From a phage, in the NCBI GenBank assembly GCA_017003895.1, contig GCA_017003895.1_4520.1: a stretch of DNA of 64,000 nucleotides; one strand, given 5' to 3'. Below, one piece after another: positions 29,860 through 39,858 of this stretch. The position numbers and the translations under genes were made by a program. The first letter of the stretch is position 1, and the number at the start of each line of letters is the position of its first letter. Under the pieces are notes generated by a model, which was not told the origin of the DNA, made no database searches, and was given only the letters and a program-made list of their open reading frames with translations.

Positions 29860-30766
29860 TAATTACACTTGTTAATTTAGAAAGACCAGATTTTACAAAG
29901 TATGAATAAATCTTGCCTTTAGGTTGTGGTTTATATGAATTATAATACTCTATAATGGTTGAAGCAATATTATCAGGGATATAATCAAAATCAATGAGAA
30001 CCAAATTTTCTTGATACCGTTTATATTCTTCTGCACTTAATAATACTTCAGCTTGAGAACGGTCATTGGCAATTGCTTCAATAATCGATGTTTTCATACT
30101 CGGAGTTCGTTCACCATCAACTCTGGTAAACCAGAAGTCGCCACGAACTCGAACAGATGCAACACCATCCTTACGGTCACCTTTAAGAATTTTAGTCATG
30201 CAATCAATTTCAGCAGAACCGTTCTTAATTTTAACCCATTTTTTCTGTGGTGGCGACCACTGTTTAACGTTAGGATATTTGTGTAATTGTGTAAAGTCAC
30301 CATCTGATGCAACAATACATACTTTATGTCCAGCTAATGACAAATATTTAGTTAATACACCGATATGGTCATCCGCTTCATACTTGTCAATATCCATTAC
30401 AACGTATGGCATGTATTTCTTAATCTCATCAACAACTTGATGGAGTGCAGTAAAATATCCTTCCCAATCCCACTTTGAAGCTTCACGATCGGTTTTACGA
30501 TTTTTCTTGTAATAGTAAGCAAAGTCACGACGCCAATAACCCGAAGTAGCATTATCCATACACAATACAAATTTTGTATAGCCTTGCTTACGGAACATCA
30601 CTACGTTTTTACGAATTGAATTCAAGATTACATGGCGAACCATCGGAACGGTAATTTTATCGCCGTCTTCAAAGTTGTTTAATGCGGCTGCCAATGCAAT
30701 GTTACTAAAGTCGGCAAGTGCAATACCTTCTTTGTAATCTTCATCCAACATCATTTCTAAATCCAT
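29849..30766 (-). CDS. rnh: RNase H (5'-3' exonuclease, FEN-1 family)
   Basis: 305 aa, same as T4 RNase H; N-terminus matches recalled T4 sequence (MDLEMMLDEDYKEGI). Confidence 0.8.
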   Translation of the reverse strand: MDLEMMLDEDYKEGIALADFSNIALAAALNNFEDGDKITVPMVRHVILNSIRKNVVMFRKQGYTKFVLCMDNATSGYWRRDFAYYYKKNRKTDREASKWDWEGYFTALHQVVDEIKKYMPYVVMDIDKYEADDHIGVLTKYLSLAGHKVCIVASDGDFTQLHKYPNVKQWSPPQKKWVKIKNGSAEIDCMTKILKGDRKDGVASVRVRGDFWFTRVDGERTPSMKTSIIEAIANDRSQAEVLLSAEEYKRYQENLVLIDFDYIPDNIASTIIEYYNSYKPQPKGKIYSYFVKSGLSKLTSVINEF

Positions 30767-30798
30767 ATGAACCTCTTGTTCAGTTAGTCAACTTGTCT

Positions 30799-30828
30799 AT
30801 AGTAACACACTCATTTGAAAGCGTAAAT
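30799..30828 (-). promoter_or_regulatory. Early promoter for rnh (ATTTAC-N18-TACTAT), divergent from the gene 34 late promoter
   Basis: Plus gtaaat at 30823-30828 and atagta at 30799-30804. Confidence 0.4.
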
Positions 30829-30843
30829 AGTCTTTTACTCATT

Positions 30844-30851
30844 TATAAATA
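30844..30851 (+). promoter_or_regulatory. Late promoter TATAAATA for gene 34
   Basis: Exact TATAAATA about 35 nt upstream of the gene 34 start. Confidence 0.65.
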
Positions 30852-30885
30852 GTAAAATAGAACACATAATGATAAGAGGACTACC

Positions 30886-33800
30886 ATGGTTGACATCAAA
30901 CGTAAGTTCAGGGCCGAAGATGGTCTTGATGCAGGCGGTGATAAGATAGTTAACGTTGCGCTTGCCGACCGCACAGTTGGCACCGATGGCGTGAACGTTG
31001 ACTTTTTGGTGCAAGAAAACACCGTACAGAATTATGACGATACGCGCGCGTATACAAAAGATTTTATTGTTCTTTATAATAATCGTTTTTATCAAGCTTT
31101 AAGCGATATTCCAGCTCCGGCAGGCCCTTTCTCTTTGGTTAAATGGAAGGCAACTCGTGCAGATGCAGAATGGATTACAGTTCAAGGCGGAGATTTCCAA
31201 TTATCAGTAGGTAACTCTATTGCGGTTGATACTTCAGCTGGCACTGATATTAATTTCACTTTGCCTCAAAATCCTTTAGATGGCGATACAGTTATTTTGT
31301 CTGATATTGGTGGTAGAGTAGGCTATGTAAAAGTTCAAATTACTGCAGCGGCTCAAAGTATTGTAAACTTTAGAGGACAACAGGTTCGTTCAGTTTTAAT
31401 GACGCACCCAAAATCTAAAATGGTCTTCATTTTTAGCAACCGCCTATGGCAAATGTATGTTTCTGATTACGAACGTAATGCAGTCACAGTAACTCCTGCT
31501 ACGCCATATCAAGCACAACCTAATGATTTTATCATTCGACGTTTTACATCAGCCGCTCCTATTAATATTACATTGCCTCGTAATGCTAATAATGGCGATA
31601 TTATTAATTTAGTGGATTTAGACAAATTAAACCCATTATATCACACAATTGTCAAAACTTACGATGATACAACTTCTATACGAGAAGCTGGTGTTCATGT
31701 AGCAGAAGGACGTAATTTTGCTGATGCTCTTTTTATTTTTGATGCAGCATCTAGTTTGTGGAGAGTTTGGGAAGGTGACCAGAAATCTCGTTTACGTATA
31801 GTTCGTAATGATACTGATTTACGCCCTAATGAAGAAGTTCTTGTTTTTGGAACTGATAATAATACAATCTCGACCGTAAATCTTACTTTGCCTACAGATA
31901 TTTTGTCTGGCGATACTGTTAAAATATCGTTGAATTATATGCGTAAAGGGCAAACTGTAAAAATTAAAGCTGCTGAAGGCGATACAATTGCTAGCAGTAT
32001 TTCTTTATTACAGTTCCCAAAACGTTCGGAGTATCCACCTGATGCACAATGGGTTTCTGTTAGTGAGCTGGAATTTAATGGCGATACTTCGTATGTACCT
32101 GTACTTGAGCTAGCTTATATAGAAGATTATTCATCTGAAACAAAATATTGGGTAGTTCAACAAAACACCGTAACCGTCGAACGAGTCGATGCATCGAGCA
32201 ATACAACTCGAGCTCGTTTAGGTGTTATTGCTCTTGCTTCTCAAGCGCAAGCAAATGTTGATTTAGAAAATGCTCCTGGTAAAGAACTGGCTATTACTCC
32301 GGAAACATTAGCAAATCGTACAGCAACTGAAACTCGTCGTGGTATTGCTCGTATTGCAACAACTGCACAAGTTAACCAGAATACCGATTTTGCATTCCAA
32401 GACGACTTGATTATTTCTCCTAAGAAATTGAACGAACGTACAGCAACTGAAACCCGTAGAGGTGTTGCTGAAGTTGCAACTCAGGCTGAAACTAATGCTG
32501 GAACAGATGATACCACTATTATTACTCCTAAGAAATTGGATGCCCGTCAAGGTTCTGAAGTTTTATCTGGTATTGTAAAATACACATCTACGACTGGTAC
32601 TACAGCTGCTACTATTCGCGGTAATGCTGGGACTAACGTTTATAACAAAGCCGTAGATAATTTAACTATTTCTCCAAAGGCCCTTGACCAATATAAAGCT
32701 ACCCCTACTCAGCAGGGTGCAGTAATTCTTGCTATTGAAAGCGAAGTTATCGCTGGCGAATCACAAGCTGGTTGGGCTAATGCTGTAGTGACCCCTGAAA
32801 CTCTGCATAAGAAAACTTCTACTGATGGACGTATTGGTTTAATTGAAATTGCTACGCAAGCAGAAACTAACACTGGAACTGATTATACTAGAGCAGTAAC
32901 GCCTAAGACGTTAAATGATAGGAAAGCTACGGAAGGATTATCTGGCATAGCCGAAATTGCTACGCAAGTTGAATTTGATACTGGAACTGACGATACTCGT
33001 ATCTCGTCTCCACTGAAAATTAAAACTCATTTTGATTCTTCTGACCGTACCAGTGTTAATTCTGATTCCGGACTTATTGAAGAAGGAACCTTGTGGAACC
33101 ATTATACTCTTGATATTTCTAAAGCAAATGAAACACAACGTGGTACACTTCGTGTAGCGACCCAGGCAGAATCTAATGCAGGAACTTTAGATGATGTTCT
33201 TATTACTCCTAAAAAGCTTTTAGGTACTAAGTCCACTGAAACGTCTGAAGGCGTAATTAAGGTTGCTACTCAGGCTGAAACTGTAACAGGAACTTCTGCT
33301 AATACTGCTGTATCACCTAAGAATTTAAAATGGATTGTTCAATCAGAACCATCATGGACTGCTACTACGGCAATTCGTGGATTCGTTAAAACTTCATCTG
33401 GTTCTATTACATTTGTTGGTAATGATACAGTTGGTTCAACACAATCTTTAGAATCATATGAGAAAAATAGCTATGCGGTATCACCATATGAATTAAACCG
33501 TGTACTTGCTAACTACTTGCCGTTGAAAGCTAAAGCAGCTGATAGTAATTTGTTAGATGGTCTAGATTCTCTTCAGTTCATCCGTAGAGACATCGACCAG
33601 ACGGTTAATGGTTCTTTAAGTCTTACTAAACAGACCAACCTGAGTGCTCCTTTAGTATCTACAAGCACTGCTTCTTTTGGTTCCGAAGCATCTGTTACTC
33701 GTAGATTAACTCTTAATGATTCTAGCGGTTCCGAAATAATTTTCACTAAAGGAACCCAATCTCTTAGTAATAAAGAGAATTTCGTTGTTAGAGCATGGGG

Positions 33801-34719
33801 TAATAGCGCTACAGATGGTGCCCGCGATACAGTATTTGAAGCTGGTGACGAAACCGGATACCATTTCTATTCTCAGCGCGCTGCTGATAATAGAGTATCA
33901 TTTAATATTAATGGAACACTTTATTCAACAGGTATTGTTTCTACAAATGGATTAAATGTTACAGGTGTTTCTACCTTTACAGGGCCTATTAGTGCTACAG
34001 GCGAAATTGTTTCTAGTTCTCCTATTGCATTCAGAGCTATTAATGGTAACTATGGTGTTATGCTTTATAATGCTGGTAACAGTTCTTATATTGCATTAAC
34101 TAACTCAGGTGACCAGACCGGGACGTTTAATAACTTACGCCCGATCACGATTAACAACGCCACAGGCTTAGTTCGTCTTGACAATGGTGTTCAAATCACA
34201 AGTGGTGCAACAATAACTACCGGTGGGTTAAATGTAAATAACAGAATTATTTCTAACGGCGTTAAAACTGCCACTGTTTATACCGATAAACCAACAGCTT
34301 CTACTGTAGGTTTTTGGTCTATTGACATTAACGATTCTGCTGTATATAGCCAATTCCCTGGATACTGGACGCGTGATAACAAAGGTAACCGTGACCAAGA
34401 AATTAAATATCCTGGTACTTTGACTCAATTCGGCAATAGCTTAGATTCGCTTTATCAGGATTGGATTTGTTATCCTACAGGTGCAAATGGCGGTAGCATT
34501 CGATATACTCGTACCTGGCAGAAAAATAAAGATGCTTGGACTTCATTTGCAATGGTATTTGATAGTGGCAACCCACCTTCACCTAGCGATGTCGGTGCTA
34601 TCCCGTCTGATAATGCTGTTATTGGAAACCTTACTATTCGAGACTTCTTACAATTAGGAAATGTGAGAATTGTTCCAGACCCGGTTAACAAAACCGTTAA
34701 ATTTATATGGGTTGAATAA
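30886..34719 (+). CDS. 34: Long tail fibre proximal subunit gp34
   Basis: 1277 aa (T4 gp34 1289 aa); first gene of the fibre operon after rnh; internal tandem repeat motifs. Confidence 0.85.
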   Translation: MVDIKRKFRAEDGLDAGGDKIVNVALADRTVGTDGVNVDFLVQENTVQNYDDTRAYTKDFIVLYNNRFYQALSDIPAPAGPFSLVKWKATRADAEWITVQGGDFQLSVGNSIAVDTSAGTDINFTLPQNPLDGDTVILSDIGGRVGYVKVQITAAAQSIVNFRGQQVRSVLMTHPKSKMVFIFSNRLWQMYVSDYERNAVTVTPATPYQAQPNDFIIRRFTSAAPINITLPRNANNGDIINLVDLDKLNPLYHTIVKTYDDTTSIREAGVHVAEGRNFADALFIFDAASSLWRVWEGDQKSRLRIVRNDTDLRPNEEVLVFGTDNNTISTVNLTLPTDILSGDTVKISLNYMRKGQTVKIKAAEGDTIASSISLLQFPKRSEYPPDAQWVSVSELEFNGDTSYVPVLELAYIEDYSSETKYWVVQQNTVTVERVDASSNTTRARLGVIALASQAQANVDLENAPGKELAITPETLANRTATETRRGIARIATTAQVNQNTDFAFQDDLIISPKKLNERTATETRRGVAEVATQAETNAGTDDTTIITPKKLDARQGSEVLSGIVKYTSTTGTTAATIRGNAGTNVYNKAVDNLTISPKALDQYKATPTQQGAVILAIESEVIAGESQAGWANAVVTPETLHKKTSTDGRIGLIEIATQAETNTGTDYTRAVTPKTLNDRKATEGLSGIAEIATQVEFDTGTDDTRISSPLKIKTHFDSSDRTSVNSDSGLIEEGTLWNHYTLDISKANETQRGTLRVATQAESNAGTLDDVLITPKKLLGTKSTETSEGVIKVATQAETVTGTSANTAVSPKNLKWIVQSEPSWTATTAIRGFVKTSSGSITFVGNDTVGSTQSLESYEKNSYAVSPYELNRVLANYLPLKAKAADSNLLDGLDSLQFIRRDIDQTVNGSLSLTKQTNLSAPLVSTSTASFGSEASVTRRLTLNDSSGSEIIFTKGTQSLSNKENFVVRAWGNSATDGARDTVFEAGDETGYHFYSQRAADNRVSFNINGTLYSTGIVSTNGLNVTGVSTFTGPISATGEIVSSSPIAFRAINGNYGVMLYNAGNSSYIALTNSGDQTGTFNNLRPITINNATGLVRLDNGVQITSGATITTGGLNVNNRIISNGVKTATVYTDKPTASTVGFWSIDINDSAVYSQFPGYWTRDNKGNRDQEIKYPGTLTQFGNSLDSLYQDWICYPTGANGGSIRYTRTWQKNKDAWTSFAMVFDSGNPPSPSDVGAIPSDNAVIGNLTIRDFLQLGNVRIVPDPVNKTVKFIWVE
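32270..33350 (+). repeat. In-frame tandem repeats within gp34 (about 7 copies of a 30-40-aa motif)
   Basis: Recurring TPxxL..R(T/K)ATE..G(I/V)A.IATQAE.N.GTDD...I(T/S)PKKL units in the translation; boundaries approximate. Confidence 0.6.
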
Positions 34720-34727
34720 GAGGTTAT

Positions 34728-35852
34728 ATGGAAAAATTTATGGCAAGGTTTGGACAGGGATACGTCCAAACGCCGTTTTTATCGGAAAGCAATTCAGTTA
34801 GATTTAAGCTAAGTATAGCGGGCTCATGCCCGCTTTCAACAACTAATCCGTATATTTTGTTCCAAAACGAGCCTTTAGGGTTGCAGTCTTTTGGTATTGG
34901 ACTAAATGTTAGGGTGATAAATCCGGAAAATGGAACTATAGTTGATAGTAAATTATACAATTTTGCGCCTACAAATAATGCAACTTCAGCTGCATTTATT
35001 TCGTTTGTTAATACGTACGCAGATAATTTCATTTTCGCATTTATTTCTAATAACAAATTTAATTTGCCACCAGAAATAATTGAATGGTTTAAAGCTGCTG
35101 GGAGTTCAGTTATACCGTCAATTGAAGTTGCTAGTCTTGTTGATATTTCATATTCGGCGTTTTATGTTTCAGGTAAAAATACTATTGCATTAGAACACAT
35201 AAAATACAGTAATAAGAAAACAATTTCTGATTACGCAACTCCATTAGATATTGTATATGACTCTATTGCTGATATAGGTGCTACCGGCTATCCTAGACGT
35301 ACATATGAAGCTCTAGAAACGTTTTTATCTCCTGTTGGAGGAACTAACAATGAAATAAAAAGGATGCCTACATCATCCCTTGTTACTCCTATCGCAAACT
35401 ATGGATTAAAGCCTACAGATTTTCTCTATTTGAAATTTCAATTAATGGCTGATGAAGAATTATTAGAGGAAGGAACCACAAGACTTTCAATTCGTTTCTT
35501 TAAGTCTCCATCTAGCTCTCCTATATCATCTAAAGATATAAACTTTGATGGAACTGCCCGGGAGTGGAAGCTATATGAAGAATACGTTGAAATACCAGCT
35601 GAAGCTGATGGCTTTACAGTATATTGTTACCGTACGGCCTCAGCCGGTCAAGGTGGACTAAGAAATGTTATTTTCACTGAAGTATCATGTAACGGAAGTA
35701 TAGCAAAACCCGCTGAGTTTGGTATAAACGGTATTCGTGTTAATTACATTGATGAATCGTTAACAGGTAATGATATAATGGACTTGCCTACTCAGTTATC
35801 TAACGACACAGGTAAGGTATTTGGGCAGGAATTTAAAGAGTACACAGAATAA
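34728..35852 (+). CDS. 35: Long tail fibre hinge connector gp35
   Basis: 374 aa (T4 gp35 372 aa); synteny. Confidence 0.7.
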   Translation: MEKFMARFGQGYVQTPFLSESNSVRFKLSIAGSCPLSTTNPYILFQNEPLGLQSFGIGLNVRVINPENGTIVDSKLYNFAPTNNATSAAFISFVNTYADNFIFAFISNNKFNLPPEIIEWFKAAGSSVIPSIEVASLVDISYSAFYVSGKNTIALEHIKYSNKKTISDYATPLDIVYDSIADIGATGYPRRTYEALETFLSPVGGTNNEIKRMPTSSLVTPIANYGLKPTDFLYLKFQLMADEELLEEGTTRLSIRFFKSPSSSPISSKDINFDGTAREWKLYEEYVEIPAEADGFTVYCYRTASAGQGGLRNVIFTEVSCNGSIAKPAEFGINGIRVNYIDESLTGNDIMDLPTQLSNDTGKVFGQEFKEYTE

Positions 35853-35853
35853 A

Positions 35854-35874
35854 GGAGACTTCGGTCTCCTTTTC
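35854..35874 (+). terminator. CUUCGG tetraloop terminator after gene 35
   Basis: ggagac-ttcg-gtctcc followed by TTTT. Confidence 0.55.
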
Positions 35875-35877
35875 GCG

Positions 35878-35885
35878 TATAAATA
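35878..35885 (+). promoter_or_regulatory. Late promoter TATAAATA for genes 36-37-38
   Basis: Exact TATAAATA about 27 nt upstream of the gene 36 start. Confidence 0.65.
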
Positions 35886-35911
35886 CTTTAATATTAATAA
35901 GGAGACACGAA

Positions 35912-36568
35912 ATGGCCGATTTAAAAGCCGGAAGTACAGTTGGTGGTTCCGTCATATGGCATCAAGGCAATTTTCCTTTAATGCCAGCTGGCGATGACAT
36001 CCTATATAAAACATTTAAATTATACACCGAATATAACAAGCCAAAAGCGGCTGATAACGATTTCGTATCTAAAGCAAATGGTGGGACATATCTCAAAAAG
36101 GTAATCTTTAACGAAGGTATTGCAGTCAAAACAGCAGATGACCAAACGAATGGTATTTTTTCTGGTGGTGGTGACGCCGCGACATTCGACCAAACAAACA
36201 TGGATATTGTTTCGTGGTACGGTGTTGGGTTTAAATCATCTCAAGGTACAGGTGAAAGAACTGTTGTAATTGATACTCACACCGGTAATATAAGTTCTAA
36301 AGGTGTTATTGAAGCATCTCAATTCAGAGCCACAACGTTAGCACCTTTAAATAATTACGACCTTACTCGCAAAGATTATGTTGATAGTCAAATAAATACA
36401 GTTAATGCTAATGCAAACAGTCGTGTACTCCGTTCAGGAGATACGATGACCGGCGCGCTAACCGCCCCAAACTTTTTCTCACAGAATCCTGCATCTCAAC
36501 CCTCGCATGTTCCACGATTTGACCAAATTGTTATTAAGGATTCTGTTCAAGATTTCGGCTATTATTAA
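35912..36568 (+). CDS. 36: Long tail fibre distal connector gp36
   Basis: 218 aa (T4 gp36 221 aa); synteny. Confidence 0.7.
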   Translation: MADLKAGSTVGGSVIWHQGNFPLMPAGDDILYKTFKLYTEYNKPKAADNDFVSKANGGTYLKKVIFNEGIAVKTADDQTNGIFSGGGDAATFDQTNMDIVSWYGVGFKSSQGTGERTVVIDTHTGNISSKGVIEASQFRATTLAPLNNYDLTRKDYVDSQINTVNANANSRVLRSGDTMTGALTAPNFFSQNPASQPSHVPRFDQIVIKDSVQDFGYY

Positions 36569-36576
36569 GAGGACTT

Positions 36577-39500
36577 ATGGCTACTTTAAAACAAATACAA
36601 TTTAAAAGAAGCAAAACTGCAGGAGCACGTCCTGCCGCTTCAGTATTAGCCGAAGGTGAATTGGCTATAAACTTAAAAGACCGTGTGCTTTTTACTAAAG
36701 ATGACCAAGGAAATATTATTGATCTGGGTTTTGCTAAAGGTGGTAGCATTGACGGGAATGTTATTCATACTGGCAATTATAACCAAACTGGCGATTATAC
36801 TTTAAATGGCACCTTCACTCAAATTGGCGATTTCAATCTCAAGGGTATTGCTCGCGTAACTCGTGATATTATTGCTGCGGGTCAGATAATGACCCATGGT
36901 GGCGAACTTATTACAAAAAGTTCAGGTACAGCACATGTTCGTTTTCATGATTCAGCTGACCGTGAACGTGGAATCATTTTTTCTCCTGCTAATGATGGAT
37001 TAACTACACAAGTTCTTAATATTAGAGTTCAAGATTACAAAGCTGGTTCAGAAAGCACTTTCGCTTTTAATGGAAATGGTTTGTTTTCTTCACCAGAAGT
37101 TTTTGGGTGGAAATCTGTATCAACTCCGGTAATTTATACCAATAAAGTTATCACCAATAAAAAAGTTAAAGATGATTATGACATCTATTCGATGGCAGAC
37201 AATGTTCCATTGTCTGAAAGCACTACTGCTATTAATCATCTCCGTGTTATGCGCAATGCTGTAGGCGCTGGTGTATTCCATGAAGTTAAAGATAATGATG
37301 GAATAACTTGGTATACCGGAGATGGCTTAGACACTTATCTTTGGTCGTTTACCTGGTCCGGTGGATTGAAAGCAGGCCATTCTATTTCTGTTGGTACTCC
37401 TGGTGGCAATAAAGGATACTCTGAATTAGGGACTGCTTCAATTTCTCTTGGTGATAATGATACTGGATTTAAATGGCATCAGGATGGATATTTCCATACA
37501 GTAAACAACGGAACAAGAACTTTCATTTACGGTCCTGCGGAAACACAAAGCCTTAGAAAAATGGTTATGGGTTATTCTCCGGATGGTGTTCTTATGACAA
37601 CGCCACCGACAGAAAACTATGCTTTGGCTACTGTTGTTACTTACCATGATAATAATGCATACGGCGATGGTCAAACACTTTTAGGATATTATCAAGGTGG
37701 TAATTACCACCACTATTTCCGTGGTAAAGGCACTACAAATATTAACACTGCAGGCGGATTGTTAGTTACTCCAGGCAATATTGACGTTATTGGTGGTTCT
37801 GTTAATATCGATGGTAGAAATAATTCTTCTACGCTGATGTTTAGAGGTAACACAACAGGATACAGCTCAGTTGATAATATGGATATTAAAGTTTGGGGTA
37901 ATACGTTTGTTGATCCAAGCGGAGGTATCCGTAAAAACATTATGGAAATTTCTGATGCAACTAGCTGGATGAGCTATATTCAAAGACTTACTACTGGCGA
38001 AGTAGAAATGAACGTTAATGGTTCATTTGAATCATCTGGTGTTACTGCTGGAGATAGAGGAGTTCACACAACAGGTGAAATTTCATCTGGAGCAGTGAAT
38101 GCTCTTCGTATTTGGAACGCAGATTATGGAGCCATTTTTAGACGTTCAGAAGGAAGTCTTCATATTATTCCAACTGCTTATGGCGAAGGCAAAGATGGCG
38201 ATATCGGTCCACTTCGCCCATTTAGTATGGCTTTAGATACTGGTAAAGTTACTATTCCAGATTTACAATCAAGTTACAATACGTTCGCTGCTAACGGTTA
38301 TATTAAATTTGTTGGTCACGGAGCGGGTGCCGGCGGTTATGACATTCAATATGCTCAAGCGGCTCCTATTTTCCAGGAAATTGATGATGATGCTGTAAGC
38401 AAATATTATCCTATTGTTAAACAGAAGTTTTTAAACGGTAAATCTGTTTGGTCTTTAGGTACCGAAATTGAATCAGGTACATTCGTTATTCATCATCTGA
38501 AAGAAGATGGTTCACAAGGCCATACATCAAGATTTAATATGGATGGTACAGTTAATTTCCCTGATAATGTTCTGGTCGGTGGTGGTGAAGCTGCTATTGC
38601 TCGTAATGGTAATATTTTCTCGGATATTTGGAAAACGTTTACTTCTGCAGGCGACGTAACTAATATTCGCGATGCAATAGCTACTCGTGTTGCCAAAGAA
38701 GGTGATACGATGACCGGCACTCTTTGGATTAATAAAGATGCTGCTGGAATAGTTCTTAATCCTCCTTTGGCCAGTGATTCATCATTTATTCGTTCCGATA
38801 CGGCCGGGGTCAATAATTGGTATATTGGTAAAGGCGGTGCCGACAACGGTCTAGGTTTTTACAGTTATGTTACACAAGGCGGTGTATATATAACAAATAA
38901 CGGAGAAATATCACTTTCTCCTCAAGGCCAAGGAACATTTAATTTTAATAGAGACCGCCTCCATATAAACGGTACACAATGGACCGCACACCAGGGAGGT
39001 GGTTGGGGAAATCAATGGAATCAAGAAGCACCGGTATTTGTAGATTTTGGTAATGTTGGTAATGATAGTTATTATCCTATTATTAAAGGAAAATCCGGTA
39101 TTACTAATGAAGGATACATATCTGGTGTAGATTTTGGTATGCGACGCATTACTAATACATGGGCACAAGGTATTATTCGTGTAGGTAATCAGGAAAACGG
39201 TTACGACCCACAAGCTGTATATGAATTCCATCATAACGGTACTTTTTATGCTCCAAGCTTACTTAAGAGCAGTAGAGTATCAGCTGGTGGTGGTGACCCT
39301 GCATGGGGCGGGCCGTGTATTGTACTTGGAGATAACGACACCGGTTTGCTTTGGGAAAACGATGGTATTTTCAACGCATATGCAAACGGCCAAGGTGTGT
39401 TTAGTTTTAGACCTGGTTTAGCTCAGACATTCGGTGATGTTAACTTCCACTGTAATGCAGGTATGTATGTTCGTGATAACATTGATGTTAACGACGTTTA

Positions 39501-39828
39501 TATTCGTTCTGATATTCGTTGTAAGTCGGAAATTAAGCTTATTAAGAACGCTCAAGAGAAATCTAAACTATTGGGCGGTTATACTTATCTGCTTAAAAAC
39601 TCTGTTACAGACGAAGTTAAACCGTCCGCAGGTTTAATTGCTCAGGAAGTTCAAGAAGTATTACCTGAACTTGTTTCTGAAGATAAAGAGACCGGACTGC
39701 TTCGTTTGAACTATAACGGTATTATTGGTTTAAATATAGCTACAATCAACGAGCATACTGACGAAATCAAGGAATTGAAATCTGAAATTGCTGAATTGAA
39801 AGCATTAATTAAATCATTGATAAAATAA
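36577..39828 (+). CDS. 37: Long tail fibre distal subunit gp37 with C-terminal intramolecular chaperone (peptidase S74-like) domain
   Basis: 1083 aa; C-terminus (SDIRCKSEIKLIKNAQEKSKLLGGYTYLLKN...LNIATINEHTDEIKELKSEIAELKALIKSL) resembles self-cleaving chaperone domains of fibre/endosialidase proteins. Confidence 0.8.
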   Translation: MATLKQIQFKRSKTAGARPAASVLAEGELAINLKDRVLFTKDDQGNIIDLGFAKGGSIDGNVIHTGNYNQTGDYTLNGTFTQIGDFNLKGIARVTRDIIAAGQIMTHGGELITKSSGTAHVRFHDSADRERGIIFSPANDGLTTQVLNIRVQDYKAGSESTFAFNGNGLFSSPEVFGWKSVSTPVIYTNKVITNKKVKDDYDIYSMADNVPLSESTTAINHLRVMRNAVGAGVFHEVKDNDGITWYTGDGLDTYLWSFTWSGGLKAGHSISVGTPGGNKGYSELGTASISLGDNDTGFKWHQDGYFHTVNNGTRTFIYGPAETQSLRKMVMGYSPDGVLMTTPPTENYALATVVTYHDNNAYGDGQTLLGYYQGGNYHHYFRGKGTTNINTAGGLLVTPGNIDVIGGSVNIDGRNNSSTLMFRGNTTGYSSVDNMDIKVWGNTFVDPSGGIRKNIMEISDATSWMSYIQRLTTGEVEMNVNGSFESSGVTAGDRGVHTTGEISSGAVNALRIWNADYGAIFRRSEGSLHIIPTAYGEGKDGDIGPLRPFSMALDTGKVTIPDLQSSYNTFAANGYIKFVGHGAGAGGYDIQYAQAAPIFQEIDDDAVSKYYPIVKQKFLNGKSVWSLGTEIESGTFVIHHLKEDGSQGHTSRFNMDGTVNFPDNVLVGGGEAAIARNGNIFSDIWKTFTSAGDVTNIRDAIATRVAKEGDTMTGTLWINKDAAGIVLNPPLASDSSFIRSDTAGVNNWYIGKGGADNGLGFYSYVTQGGVYITNNGEISLSPQGQGTFNFNRDRLHINGTQWTAHQGGGWGNQWNQEAPVFVDFGNVGNDSYYPIIKGKSGITNEGYISGVDFGMRRITNTWAQGIIRVGNQENGYDPQAVYEFHHNGTFYAPSLLKSSRVSAGGGDPAWGGPCIVLGDNDTGLLWENDGIFNAYANGQGVFSFRPGLAQTFGDVNFHCNAGMYVRDNIDVNDVYIRSDIRCKSEIKLIKNAQEKSKLLGGYTYLLKNSVTDEVKPSAGLIAQEVQEVLPELVSEDKETGLLRLNYNGIIGLNIATINEHTDEIKELKSEIAELKALIKSLIK

Positions 39829-39833
39829 TAAAA

Positions 39834-39847
39834 GGGCCTTCGGGCCC
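39834..39847 (+). other. CUUCGG tetraloop hairpin between genes 37 and 38
   Basis: gggcc-ttcg-ggccc; no U tract, directly precedes the gene 38 ribosome-binding site (ggagg). Confidence 0.45.
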
Positions 39848-39858
39848 TGGAGGTTTAT

